Positions 49,407 through 62,485 of a stretch of 64,000 nt of DNA are shown here, piece by piece (position 1 is the stretch's first letter; each line of letters begins with the position of its first letter). A model generated the notes under the pieces. The model did not search any database. It saw only the letters and a program-made list of their open reading frames with translations, and had not been told where the DNA came from. The translations under genes and the position numbers were made by a program. Location: NCBI GenBank assembly GCA_044892505.1, contig CM097883.1:388368001-388432000 (forward strand), written 5' to 3'. The DNA comes from Schmidtea nova. Taxonomy: Eukaryota.

Positions 49407-51099
49407 CGATAAATCACTTAATGTGCACATTTACACATTTATTTTGAATTATTGGTAAAAAAAGTAGAATTTGGTGAGTAAATATAACGATCACCCTATA
49501 TCTCACTCGGGCACGTGCAAAATGCCAATTAGCAGCGTCTGTGTAGGGCACGTGTGTTAAGTGATCGAAGACTTTATATGAAATTTATTTCTTTTTTTCA
49601 GTACACTTTCTTCAAACTAAAAATAAATACTTTTTTACGTTTCGCATTGTGGACAGATTTTACAAATTTTATATTTATTTTTATTGAATTACTTAACGTT
49701 TTGAGCTCAAACTGAAACAATAATGATCATAAAATTCAATGAAAGAAAATGAATTGGTTCTCAGTTGCTACGTTAATAATCATAATATCAAATAATTGAA
49801 ATATTTATTTTATAAATACAAAAGGAAATAGGGCAAATTGAATCGCTGTAAAACTGGGTTTTCATCTTTACTTAAAAAAACATCCTAATAAAAATGGACA
49901 GTTTATCTTACTTGCTAGAAAATAATTCATTCAAGAAACGTATCTTATTCGATTACAAAATTAAATGCCCGTTCCTTCCAAATTACCTCCAATTTCTTTA
50001 TTCCTAAAATACCATCGGGTCCACAAGCACATTTATTAGATTGGAAGGAAAGTTATGTCATATCTTTAATAGGCGTGGCTAATGAGTTTTTTTCGAAATT
50101 TTATTTATTTAAAAATTTAATTTTATATAATAAATCAGGTTATTACTTGTTTTATAAAAAATTAATTTTTTAATAGCGTTCGTTAGTTACTTGTGATATT
50201 TAAAATGAAAATGATATCAGTGGATAAAGTGTATTTACAACATTATATTTTGTTAGAGTTCTAGTATAAAAAATAACGTGTCGATTGCAAGTGAAAACAT
50301 AGTGCAGTATTTGTACGGTAGGCCGGACAAAATGGTTCAGAATAAAATGGTACGGACAGAATGGTACGGACCCTAGACTATTAAAACTAACCTTGTTGTT
50401 TCTACAAAGACAAGAAAATTACGCTTTATTTAACTCTTTCTTTTAACTTCCAATTTCTGTTTGTTTTCTTGTCAAACTTTGGATCGATTTTTAACCCACT
50501 TCCGATATACAATCGATCTGAAAATTTGCGAGCAGACTCGTGGTGGCACACAAATTATTCCATTGAAAAATTTTGAAACAATGTGATTTTTCAATTTACT
50601 GTTGCCAAGAAACTACCAAACAATAAAACAGCAATAAAATTAACCGAGAACATGAGAAAAAGAAAGAGTTACATTAAAAACTTGTTTTTATGGGTTCTTT
50701 TTTTAAATTTGAAACCAATTTTTATTTATTTAATTTTGAAATTATATTATACTCAAATTTCTGCGTATTTAAACAAATCTTTACAGATTAAAAAACTTTT
50801 TAAGTATATTATTATATGACCTAAGTTTCGATCTATACTAAAGATACAAATGAAAAATATATTTTAAAATATAACTTAAATACACTAAGATTGCAACTTT
50901 CGAACTTTTATTAATTTACTTCGAAGTTTATTAATTAATAATATTTACTATTAGATTTATTATTATTATTTATTTAATTTTTACCCATGCTAGAATTTGT
51001 TTTTTTGTATTAGAATAATTGCACATTACAGTTTTTATAACTGAAAATTAAAACTTGTTATTCTCTTTAAATAGACTCAAAGCTATATTACTTCATCCA

Positions 51100-51660
51100 T
51101 TATATGATTTTATCCTAGAACCTTTGGACGAGGTGTTGTAAATGGTCGTACTTGTCAAAGATAGTTTAGAAAACTTTATTTCGGAGTTCTGAGCCTAGAA
51201 TAAGATACTCGACCTGAACGACCATCCAAGATCGATAATGAAGTTTTGCGGTCTATGTTGGAGCATAATCCACATCTAACAACAAAACAAATTGGGGAAA
51301 AACTCAGAATTTTTCATACAGTTGCTGGAAATCACATTAAAGCACTTGGGTTTGTCTTGAAGCAAGCCGTTTGGATCTTACACGATTTGATTAAAAAACT
51401 TGCCTGACCGTATAAGAATATGTTCATCACATGTAATTAGAAACACTAGTTCCGTTTTTGGATAAGTTGATTATTGGAGATGAAAAGAGGATTCATGACG
51501 AGAATATCAAAAAGAGAAAAATTTACTTTAAACCTGGAACATCACCAACAACTCTTGCAACCCCAGATATTCATCAAAAGAAAGTTCCGCTCTGTTTGTG
51601 GTGGATAGAAAAGGAACAGTTTATTACGAGTTGCTGAAACAAGGACAAATGATACAATTG
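51100..51660 (+). mobile_element. mariner transposase fragment (a family different from the two minus-strand copies)
   Basis: Reads FGRGVVNGRTCQR*F, RPERPSKIDNEVLRSMLEHNPHLTT, VWILHDL, FLDKLIIGDEKRI, DIHQKKVPLCLWWDRKGTVYYELLKQG. Confidence 0.85.
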
Positions 51661-51878
51661 ACATAGCTTGGTCAAACACATACTAATAATATCATTAAAC
51701 GGCTATATGTTATTAGATTCATGCTAAACCAGAGTTTCATTAATCTAGAAGGAATTACTAATACAATCAATTTTAACCCAACATTGCTAAATTGAATTCG
51801 ACTTAAAATCTTTGAAAACTTAATAAGTCATATTTTCTTTTCAATTGTTCATCTAGTTTTTTAAGTGCTTATATCATA

Positions 51879-51881
<3 letters not shown>

Positions 51882-51956
<75 letters not shown>
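51882..51956. repeat. (TA)n microsatellite
   Basis: Direct reading. Confidence 0.95.
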
Positions 51957-51959
<3 letters not shown>

Positions 51960-53924
51960 CAGTAATGTTAATTTCTTCATCATTAACCTAAACAACAGTT
52001 TCATTTAACATCTGCTCATCTCTCATTACCCCATTAAATTCAACTAATATCATAACTTCAGACATTAATTGATTTGAAAAATAATTTATTTTAATGGGAA
52101 GATTTCATGAAAAGCATCAATTTAATGTTATAATTTATCAATTACATCACCATATTCATTATCACTAGCGGTGTCAAAATCCGTTTCATTTCAAAATTAT
52201 CTCGTCAAGTAATTTTAAAATTGACAAATTTAAACTGAAAATCATCCCAATTCCATTTTTCTTTTGAAATTTCGAAAATTAAGCGATTAAACAAAAACTC
52301 CGAAAACAAGAAATTTATTAGAAATTTTTTTCTAAATTATATTACTTTAGAATTGACCACTATTTATATTTTGAGCTTAAAAGATTATTTTTACTTTCTT
52401 AATATTTTTCCTTATTATTTTTATATTTTAGAAATTTTTTTTGTCAATAATATAAATTGTGATGCAATTCGAAATGTTTCTAAACACCGCTCCGTTCCTT
52501 CATTCCAAAATTATTGCGCAGCCTATTGAAGATGTGATCATTACCTTTATACATTTATGAGTATAACATTCTTTTGGATTTGGAAGATTATTGTTAAATA
52601 TTTGCCTATTTTTGTTTGGCTTTTACTATCCTACATTTGCCATTGTTTGATACTTAAATCCTGTAAAATATGAATAAACTCAATAAATATGATATGATTT
52701 CTTTTTCTTATAATATGACGAAGATACCTAAATGAAATAAAATAATAAAGGGAATGCTGTTACAGAATTCTGGAAAGTAGGTGTGAGAAAGAAATCGGAA
52801 ATGGGAAAGGAATAATGCGAAATTATTTTGTTGGGGTTGCATAAAATTGTACAAGTTAAAATTAAATTTATAAAGACTAAAACGTATAGCATTTGAAAAC
52901 CCAAAATATAATTTGAAATTTCACAAAACTAAATTAAGTTCAAAATTATTTAGAAGCGATAAAAAAATTTTTATAGTGGAAATTAAATGAGCGGGTAGCA
53001 AATAATTAGCTAAAGACAAATATAATAATTAAAAATTAATGGAAGTCCTTAGGTAACGATATTGCAAAAATACAAAGTAATTATTTAATAAAAAATTTGT
53101 TCATAATCCCGCAAGGAAAATTAAAATCGCTGAAGTCGGTAGGCGCGGCAGCTTCCTGTCAGATTGGAGCTTAGAAGGCATTAATAGTGATTGATATATT
53201 TCCTTTAGAGCTTGTGGAGCTCAGAAAACCACTGTTGGGCAAGTATGATCGTCTAATTTAGATAAATTAACAACTTTAACGAGTTGGCATTCAAACATCT
53301 ATCTAGTCCGGTTATTTTGAAAATCCGACCGATTATTTATTTAATCAGTCGTTGGATTTTTTACCAACCAGTATAAAATGGTAGCGGCGATCATAGAGGA
53401 ACTAGAAATCATATTTCGACAAAAGATTAAAGATATCAACTAGCCAGAGTTGACATAACAAGAATATATTAAAGTTGAAATTTGTATTAAAGAAAATAAT
53501 TATCATTTTCTCAAATCATCAACTGCTTCAAATATTAATTAAAAATTTTACCCTCGGTAAGCTTAATTAATTTTGGAGACTTCGTTATTGATTTGTGTAA
53601 TTTTATTATAAATGAATATATGTAATTATTTTTGGGGTTGTACAGTTTTGATCAAAAGAATGTAAAGTCAGAGTAAAATTAAGTAGTACTTATACTAATT
53701 AATATACCTGTTGGGTTATTTTTATCGTTTGAGATAGGTTCAAGTATCTAACTCCTCGTGTGCTTTTACTTAATCGAAAATCAATAAAACCCAACACAGA
53801 ATAATTTATTTTAGTGTCACCACAAATACAATTCGTCTTTGAAATAAACTCGTTTTAATTAATACAATTTAATATCTCTAGAATCTGCACTTTCCCACGT
53901 TTCCAATTTGGTTAACGTTAAGAC

Positions 53925-54394
53925 GTGGTCAAAGGCGGGAGATTGCGGAAATCAATTAAGGAAAAATTAACCCGGGTGCGAATGGGAGAGCAACAATATA
54001 GTCTTTTCTGTTACGTTTTATTTGACTAGGTTTCATTGAAATCTTTTCTCACTTCCCTTTATTATCTTTTCAGGCTCAAAAAATTAATCTGTCCAATGTC
54101 ATTCTCTTCGACTACTTGCGATTTGAACAAATTGACACCAACAATTTAGGTTTTATAATATTTTAAATTCAGTGACAATATTTCAAAATTTCCCTTTCGA
54201 CCACTTGCTGCCTTTTTCTTTTTGGCTTCTCTTTTTATACATTTCTCGAATGGTAATTATCTAAATCTAAACCAACAAAAAATTAACAAATTTCTGGCCT
54301 AATTGGTCATCAACAGATTATATTGTTGCTCTCCAATTCGCGCCCGGGTGAATCTTTCCTTAATTGCTTTGCGCAATTTCCCGCCTTTGACCAC
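53925..54394. repeat. 76-bp GC-rich inverted repeat pair (53925-54000 and 54319-54394)
   Basis: Manual alignment shows 7 substitutions and no indels. Confidence 0.85.
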
Positions 54395-55324
54395 TCGGAT
54401 TTCTAATGCACTCGGGTTTCCTTTATCGTTAGGGTTTTCCATTGTCGACCCGCTAATTGAACGATTAATTAATTTGTTTTTACGATACAACTTTCTCTGG
54501 GGCCTTTCACTAAATGTTTTATTATTATTTTTGAATTCGCCTCTTGATTTGGCGTTCAACCATACCCATTTCCCTCGAAAAATATTAATTTTAATTTTTT
54601 GAAAACTTTTAATTAATTTATTTTCGATATTTTTTTGCTTTTATTTTTATTTCTTTCTATTTTTGTGATTTTAATATCAATCCCAAAATACCCAATTTAT
54701 TTAATAAAACTATTAATAAAGAAGTGGCCATTATTAGTTATCAAGTTTAAATTGAAAATAATTCTAAAACTAAAAGAAATAAGTTATTTTTTCCATGCTT
54801 TATATAAGGTTGCTTTCTATATATATGTGTGTGCCACAAAATTACAAATCAATTTTTAGTGCTTTTCTCTCAACCGATTCACTTCAAATTTTGCACACTT
54901 GCTCACTTCCGGTGACAATACATGGAAATTGATAAATTTGACCAAAAAAAGTTAATTAAGTTAACTAAATAACAATTTGAATTTCCCCATACATTTAACA
55001 ATGGACGAGAGGTAAATGTGTTGGTGTCTTCAGAGAAATTTTGCGTGTAAATGTAATATAAATTGCAAAAAAAAATTTCTCAGCCAAGTGGAGTTCTTCT
55101 CGCATAAAGCATGGATTTGAAAAAAGAATTTTTTTTTGATTTACTAGTTATTTAAACAGCTTGTACGAAATAATGAAATAGATGATATTTAATCAAAATG
55201 ATTTACTAAAATTTATTCGAAACAACATCTAAAATTTGAACTTTTATGTTTAAATATTTGTGAGCATTATTTTTAAAATGATTTTAATTTTAATGCTTAA
55301 AATTAATGAATTAATTTAAGATAA

Positions 55325-57531
55325 CAGTGGAACCTCCATAAAATCACAATCAAGGGACCATTTTAAAAGTGTTACTATAGAGAGAGTTTATCCAAAAATT
55401 TTCTATATGACCCGTTCTTACCATTTATGCAGTATATTAAATTTATTATTAAATTTTTTAATAATATGAATATTATATTAGGTTGTGAACATATTTTTGG
55501 TCATTAGTTTTTTGTCGCGCCTTCATGCTAAATTTATACCCAAATCTTTGCAAATTATAAAAAATCCGCTCCTACTTTACAAAAAACTAGCAACGCCGTT
55601 TAGTGCAACCATAAAAGGAGTTAAGAATTATCTCAAAGTGTTATATTTCCTGAATTTGATCATTTACAATTTATGGAAATACTGGGTATTACAAGTTTTA
55701 GCATGTTTCTTTTCCAGAACGGAATCAATTAAGCATTCCATCTGTCTCAGTGCTTTCTGATCCTTGTATCTTGCGAAAATCCCTGGAAGCATCTGCATAA
55801 TCCAAGTGGCTTTCTCTTCAGAATTCACTGCTCCTTCCTCTTCAGATAGAGTATTACAAATCACTCCAGGTCTTTGTTTTAATTTTTGAAGACATCCCTC
55901 ACTAGCTTTTAAATTCCCATCACCAAACTCATTGGCAAATTGCGATGCCTTAGCTAAAAATAGGTCCACTGACGGCAGCATTTTATCTCTCATTTCTTGT
56001 AACCACGAGAGTACAACTTCATCAACATTTTGTATTTCACAATTCTCATATGCTTTCTGTTACTGTTACGATTCCCTGCTTCCAATTCTGCTAAAGTAGT
56101 ATCCTTCTTCTTCACGAATTTTACAACGGTTTATCTATCCACATCATATTGTTGTGCTACAGCGCTGGGCTTCAATCCCTCCAAAGTACATTTACGAATG
56201 ATGTCTCCTTTATCTTCTAAAAAAATCGACTTGCGTTTTGTTGCCATTGTATGTCTAAAAAATAATGAGAGATCACAACGCATCAAGGCTAAATATATAG
56301 TGGTGTATATTGTCACCAGTTCATTTTATTGACAAACAATACTTTACATTTTGATTACTACACACTTGACGTGGTATTACACTACAGTGCCTTACTTATC
56401 AAACTATCGGCTTCATGTGACTTTTATGCCTCATTTAACATTCATTAATGTTTACATATGTGCGTGCGTGTTTAGTGAATACATTTGTTGGGTTATGGGG
56501 TTGTTGGTGAAATGATAAAAGTTACTAATCAAATATCTGACTCCAAGCGTGCCTTTTATTGACCCCAACAACACTTTTAATAATACAAGCTTTATTGATT
56601 ATTACACTGATTTACACAATTAAAATTATCACAATCAATTCATTAAATCTTTGACACTTATACGAGCTTGTTACGACACTTCGTGAAGAACAGCTCACCT
56701 GTATAATGTCTTGAAAACTAGACAGATGTGTGCACTCCAGAACAAAGACATATTACGTAATCGATGAATCATATCCAATCAAAATCAAGTAACCCTCCGG
56801 GGGTACTTTTTTTGCGACACCCCCCTCATAATTTTTTTTACACACACAAACGATGAGTCATAAAAAACTATTTTTTGGTCAAATTTTAAGGACATTTTGA
56901 GGACAAACGATGAGTCATAAAAACTATTTTAAGGTCAAAATTTTAAGGACATTTTGAGGACACTTTAAGGTAATTGATCTTGATTGTTTCCGCGCTTTGA
57001 CTTGATTCTTTCTCAATATTCTTTAGCTTTAACTTCTCGTCTGCTTAGCTTTCTTTGTCCTTTTCAACACAAACTCTTTTCTGCAACTGATTCAATTAAC
57101 AAATTTCTTTTCGTATTTCACTTCGAATCTTAACTTCACTTTTGTTCAAGTTCCCAATTTTTCTTTTCCAACTTCAATTCAACAATTTGATTTCTGTTTC
57201 TCAATGTTCCACTTCTGTCTCCGCTTCTGTCTAAAATTCTGTCTAAATTTCTGTCAAAAATTCTCCCCAACTTCTGCTGTGCTGTCTCTTTTTATATCTC
57301 GTCACTTTGTGGCACTTCGCCTTTGCAACTCCTGTCTCTGGCATTTTCCATCTTTCTACGCAACTACCATGTTGCGCCTGACTTCCTTTTTCCCATTTCT
57401 GCTTCTGGCATTTCCCATACTTCTTTAGACTCCCATGCTGCCTTTAGCAACTCGGCTACTTTGTGATTTCTTTTTGCCGCTCCGGCCTGTTTTCTTTTAA
57501 TGGAGAGTGTGACTATAAAGAGGTTCCATTG
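55325..57531 (-). mobile_element. Tigger (TIGD4/6-like) element with foreign inserts
   Basis: Reads MATKRKSIFLEDKGDII..VDEVVLSWLQEMR..KASQFA..LKASEGCLQKLKQR (HTH + CENP-B). Matching ends CAGTGGAACCTCCATAAAATCACA (55325) and TGTGACTATAAAGAGGTTCCATTG|TA (57531). The DDE region appears deleted. Confidence 0.7.
56846..56959. repeat. 57-bp tandem duplication
   Basis: ACAAACGATGAGTCATAAAAAACTATTTT..GGTCAAATTTTAAGGACATTTTGAGG occurs twice. Confidence 0.85.
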
Positions 57532-58229
57532 TATTAAGTTTTGAAACATTTTTAAAACGAATGTCAAATTTAATACTAATTTTTAAAAAATGTTGAAACT
57601 TTAAAAAACGTATTCGAAATTCTATTGAAGAAATATTAAAAACTATAAATCAGTTTAAAATATTACCTTTATTTTAAAATGTCTCTAGGTAGTTTGATTA
57701 AATAATAAGAAGATTATCTTTACAATTTTTCTTGATATACATTTTCGGAATTAATAGTCTTATTTAGTTATTGTTGTATCAGAGAGGTTAAGTACGATAG
57801 TTACTAATTGTTTGAAAATAAATTTATTTTTAATGCATTACAGTAGTCCCTTCTCTAAGATGCACATTTGGCATTTGTTGAAATTAAAATATGTGGATGT
57901 GTGTTTAATTATAGAAGACAAAACTTTCGAATTTATAAAAGATTTCCAGATAAAGCTGTAAGTGAATAATATAGAATTTAGTTACTTTCGTTGTATCTCA
58001 TTACAATATAATGTCTCATTGCTATATAATGTTCTCAACTAAATTTTTACCGTTCTCGATCAATCAAATTGTCCGAGAATTGTATAGTGTATTTTTAAGT
58101 TGTCTATGCACGTAGATAAATTGTCGAATGTAGCTAATTAAAATTTAGTTTCTTGATCAGTAATTATATGGTAAGGAAAACCATTGCTCAAAATCAATGT
58201 GCATGGAAACAAGAAAATCCTAAATCCAC

Positions 58230-58390
58230 AATGGTATTGCCGTATTAGGAGGGGTTTAAAGAGTATAAAATCAAGGCAATGAAAAAATTTAAAATGATAC
58301 GAGATAGGTCATAGTTTTTGTCAAAAAGAAAGACTCTGATTTAAGATTTAGTGTTGACTATCGAAAATTAAATCAAGTTACGAGAAAAAT
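58230..58390 (+). pseudogene. Ty3/Gypsy RT fragment
   Basis: VIVFVKKKDSDLRFSVDYRKLNQVTRK matches the conserved V.KKDG..RFCVDYRKLN motif. Confidence 0.75.
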
Positions 58391-58623
58391 ACGTATGAGA
58401 AATGTATGAAAAGCAGCGCAAAAGGAAAAGAGAGAGCGATTTACTAAGAGAAATTTTCAAATTTTGGTCAGTTGGGAAAATTTAGAAAATGAGAATTATT
58501 ATTTAGATTTTAGTAACATTTAATAAAGATTACATACAAGAAAGAGCCATTAACCATGGGGCTTTAAGCCCTAACGTAAGAATCAAATCCGAAAAGAGAG
58601 AAAGTGTAAATTATATTGATTAA

Positions 58624-58857
58624 CCCTTTCTACCCCTATTGGGACAATACGTCCCAGAAACTTTCATCATGATCCTACTGGGATATTTTCAAAGCAATTT
58701 GCGGTGTTAAAGTTTATTTTCAGTGTTTCATTGTTCTATTTGAATTTGAAGCGCCACGATTACAAAAATGAGAATATTTCATATTTAGGTCAATATTAAC
58801 AAGTTCCAATATATAAATTTAGCATAGTGTCATTAGCGGAAAGTTGGTGCGAAAGGG
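58624..58857. mobile_element. piggyBac-type MITE (234 bp)
   Basis: TTAA|CCCTTTC ... GAAAGGG|TTAA. Confidence 0.7.
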
Positions 58858-59299
58858 TTAAAGGAAGTTGAGATAAAAGACAAATTGTCTTTGTGGTGAT
58901 AATCAAATAAATTGTTTTGTGTTTGGTTTCATTGATTTTCGATAATTAAAAGACACGTGGAGTCAGGTCTTGGAACTGATCCTAAACAACATAAAAATAA
59001 TATAGCATTTGTTTCTTTAACTTGAATTTAGCATAGTTTTAGTGATATCTGAAGATGCCAGGGAGTTTTTTGAAATATATAGTTCGAATGTTGTATTTTT
59101 GGCGTTATNNNNNNNNNNNNNNNNNNNNNNNNNNNNNNNNNNNNNNNNNNNNNNNNNNNNNNNNNNNNNNNNNNNNNNNNNNNNNNNNNNNNNNNNNNNN
59201 NNNNNNNNNNNNNNNNNNNNNNNNNNNNNNNNNNNNNNNNNNNNNNNNNNNNNGAATTCCATCACAAAATGGGTAATACTCGAAATAACGATACAAAAT

Positions 59300-59800
59300 A
59301 AATGCAGTCCATTAAAAGACGAACCATGAAACACACATATATACCAAACTTTAAGACTAAGAATCAAGAACATTATTGATAAGATTCACCAATCCAAAAC
59401 AAAAGGGAGAAAGGAGTCACAGAAACCTAATTGAAAATATTTGGAAATGAAAGGTAGGAAGAAATTCAAACAAGTTTGGCAAAATAAATCCTAAGACACC
59501 AAACGATTGAAGCAGGAGTGAAGGCAGACAACGAGAGCCTAGAGAAAGAAATTCGAAAAAAGAAAACACAATATAGAGTTGGATCAGGTCACTAATAGTT
59601 ATAGCCATTCTCAAAACCTTTATAATTATACAAATAATTATATGAGTAATTGTACAAACTAGTCGCAACCGAAAACCGAAATCCACGAAAAGAAAAAATA
59701 TCGAATTAAACGAAGAAATCAGAAGAGAAACACAAAGAATCATGAAAACAGCAAATAAAACTGACATTCAATCGATTTTATTAGATATATCATATCTAAT
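59300..59800 (+). pseudogene. Possible degenerate retroelement (PLE-like N-terminal) ORF
   Basis: Purine-rich coding-like sequence with many stops. ELNEEIRRETQRIMKTANK is recalled as similar to the PLE N-terminal EEIR.E..RIL segment. Weak. Confidence 0.25.
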
Positions 59801-61249
59801 TTGTTGTAAAAATATGACTTATGTTGAATGATGAGGGTAAGCCCATTGAAATATTCACAGTGAATAAATACTATAGAATGGGCAACAAAAATATCGGGTA
59901 AACATATACCTAGAAAGAAGTAATTAACCCCTCCTCTGTCGGTCTACAAACAATTCAAATCAAATTCAATCGTATTAACAAACAATCTTCTAGCATTCCT
60001 ATGAGCATTTCAGACTCTTTCTTAATCAACACTATGAACATTCAATCATATACATTTATGTGCTTTTCATCAATTTTCTGTCAATTCAAAGCAAATTCAA
60101 TCCTATTATCAGACAATCTTCTATCATCCTTATAAACATTTTAGGTTATCATCCAACACTATCACAAACATTTATATGATGAACTGAGTAATTGTATTAT
60201 TAATCAATTTTTGGGTTATATTAATTATTATGTTTTATTATAATTTTATTTTTTTATTAATTTTATTAATTTTAGGGTATTTTATTTTATATGTAATCAT
60301 ATAAAGAATTATTATTTAAAATTGTAAGTGTAAAGTCCAGTTATACGAGTGTGGGAAAAAATGGCAAAATATTAATATATTAAAATTTTCAAATAAATAA
60401 ACAGTAATCATAATTAATTTTAAATAAACAAATAATAATCAGAATTAGTATAAAAGAAGAGCGCAAAATAAGTTTAAGCGCCAAAAACTTTTTAACCTTA
60501 GCGTAACCGACTCTCTTAGGTACAAATCCTGAAGAGTCATTAAACTGATCAGTTGATGAAAATATAAGAGTAATCTTCGAGTCTTGAATATTTTTGAAGC
60601 GTATTAATCTGTTTTGTTGAATTGAAATTGATTGTAAATTTTATTGGGAAATATTGTTATTGAAATATATCTTTAAAAAACATTATTGTCTTAATTATTT
60701 ATATAGGACACCATCCCCAGTTGGAATTTCAAAAATAAATATTGGAATCTCAACAGTTAAATGAAATTCATTGAAAAATCTCATAACTTTGATGTTAAGT
60801 TGTTGAAATAAAATGATATAAACTAAATTATAACATCAAGTCGTGTTTTAAAGATTTATTTAGATTTTAAAAAACCGCAACGTACTAAATTTATAATTAG
60901 CCATAATATACTATACATTTCTTGAATTTGATTGATTATCATTTTGATCAAATCAAGAATTATTTTATTACATCCTAAATTGAAAAAAGACAATATTGAG
61001 GAAAAAGAAAGATTTTCTTGATAAATATTTGTAAATTAGAATCATAATATTTAAATTAAATAAATGTCTATTATAAATTAAAACTACTTTTACTTTTAAT
61101 GTTAATTAATTGAATAAAAATATTTCCTCGTGTGACTGAATTGTGGAAATAATATCCAGTTGATTGAAAATATGCAGAAACATTTCAATAAAATTAAAGA
61201 AAGAAATACACAAAATAAAATATTCAAATATTTATTTCAACTGAAATTT

Positions 61250-62485
61250 CTAAATTAATTTAGTGAACTTATGATCCATTTCATTTCGATAAAACTCTTT
61301 CCACAAAATTGCAACTAACTTTGAAAGGATCACGTCACCAACCCTTGCCTCTATGGTGTGAAACATAAAGATCTCATCGTATCTCAAATATCCACATGAG
61401 AATTTCTTTAAAATATCTTTGGCTTCGTCATCCATTTCCTCCGTATCAAGTTTACAGCCTAGCTTTAATAAAGATTTGACATATGATTTCCTGGTCGCGG
61501 GAAAGCAAATCCGTCCAATCCAATTAAGCAAACCAATCAAAAGCACCAAAGTACAAAATATGGACCAAAAACTCAAAAATGTGACGAATATTCGATAATT
61601 CATATTTTGTTGGTGGACGCATTGGGAAAGCGTTTTAAATTTCCCAGCCATATTTAACAGGTCTTTATTATAACAGAGAGTTTCATAAGGGAAATAATCA
61701 GAGGTTAGCCAAGATTCTGGATCGAATATTTTGACGAAAATCTCGTAATAAAAGTCATAAAATCCGTGATGGGCAAATGCTATGACATCCTTCATTATCC
61801 ATATATTGAAAAGCCCGCTGAAAAGGAAGAGACATTTAATGACAAAATACCAGCTGACATAATATGTTGAGCAGTACATGCTAAATGGAGCAAACGGGAT
61901 ATGTTTTTTAATGAATTTCATCATGGGACAAGAAGCTCTATGTTTTGTTATTGTGATGCTGTCGTGGAACTTTTTAGCCACAAGTAGTAATTCCCTTTGT
62001 AATTTTTCTGGAGTTAGCAAGCTAACCTTATCTAGGTGGTAAATGATGGTTTGTGAAACATTTTTCGTAGTGAAAGTACTCCAGAACATTCTCGGAAAGT
62101 AGCTCACCAAACACATTAGACCAAACATCGTCGGGATCCATTGATAATAAGTTATTCGACCTATCTCGTCTAGTCGATCCCATTCTTGATCAGTTTGTGG
62201 AATTGCTGTGACACTAGAGACTGGAATCGTGCCGACGTTCCAGCAATAGGTTGGGTAATATTTGATATCAAACTGGAAGGAAAACGGAACCGTATGTGTC
62301 ATGCATTGAAAGTCATTGTAGTAATAGTTGTAATTTACTGAGAAGAGAAAGCACAAGGCTAGGATGGTGTTCGTAATGATATAAATGAGTTTGTCAAAAT
62401 CATCATGCAAATTGATGGATTTGTAGCTGAATGAACTTTTGATTTGAAATAGATCATTTGCGTGGTTTTTAATATTGCCAAACAT
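61250..62485 (-). CDS. Innexin (invertebrate gap-junction protein), single exon, 411 aa from the first ATG
   Basis: Motifs DDFDKLIY..T, FQC..YCW, YYQWIP..YFPRMFW, Y..K.LFL, FPYETLC..QCV..NM..FLSFW, YLRYDEIF..LW. Four extracellular Cys and four hydrophobic segments. The ORF-track start at 62521 is TTG; the first ATG is at 62485. Confidence 0.93.
   Translation of the reverse strand: MFGNIKNHANDLFQIKSSFSYKSINLHDDFDKLIYIITNTILALCFLFSVNYNYYYNDFQCMTHTVPFSFQFDIKYYPTYCWNVGTIPVSSVTAIPQTDQEWDRLDEIGRITYYQWIPTMFGLMCLVSYFPRMFWSTFTTKNVSQTIIYHLDKVSLLTPEKLQRELLLVAKKFHDSITITKHRASCPMMKFIKKHIPFAPFSMYCSTYYVSWYFVIKCLFLFSGLFNIWIMKDVIAFAHHGFYDFYYEIFVKIFDPESWLTSDYFPYETLCYNKDLLNMAGKFKTLSQCVHQQNMNYRIFVTFLSFWSIFCTLVLLIGLLNWIGRICFPATRKSYVKSLLKLGCKLDTEEMDDEAKDILKKFSCGYLRYDEIFMFHTIEARVGDVILSKLVAILWKEFYRNEMDHKFTKLI

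Noticed and set aside
28828-59373. ORF-track entries rich in X
   Set aside because: They span assembly gaps and are not evidence of genes.
60511-60570. CUGAAGA..GAAA hammerhead-like string (core at 60529) with a palindromic stem II region
   Set aside because: Helix III is not self-complementary in register and stem I does not pair next to the core (only the distant CTCTTA/TAAGAG pairs). At best a decayed copy.
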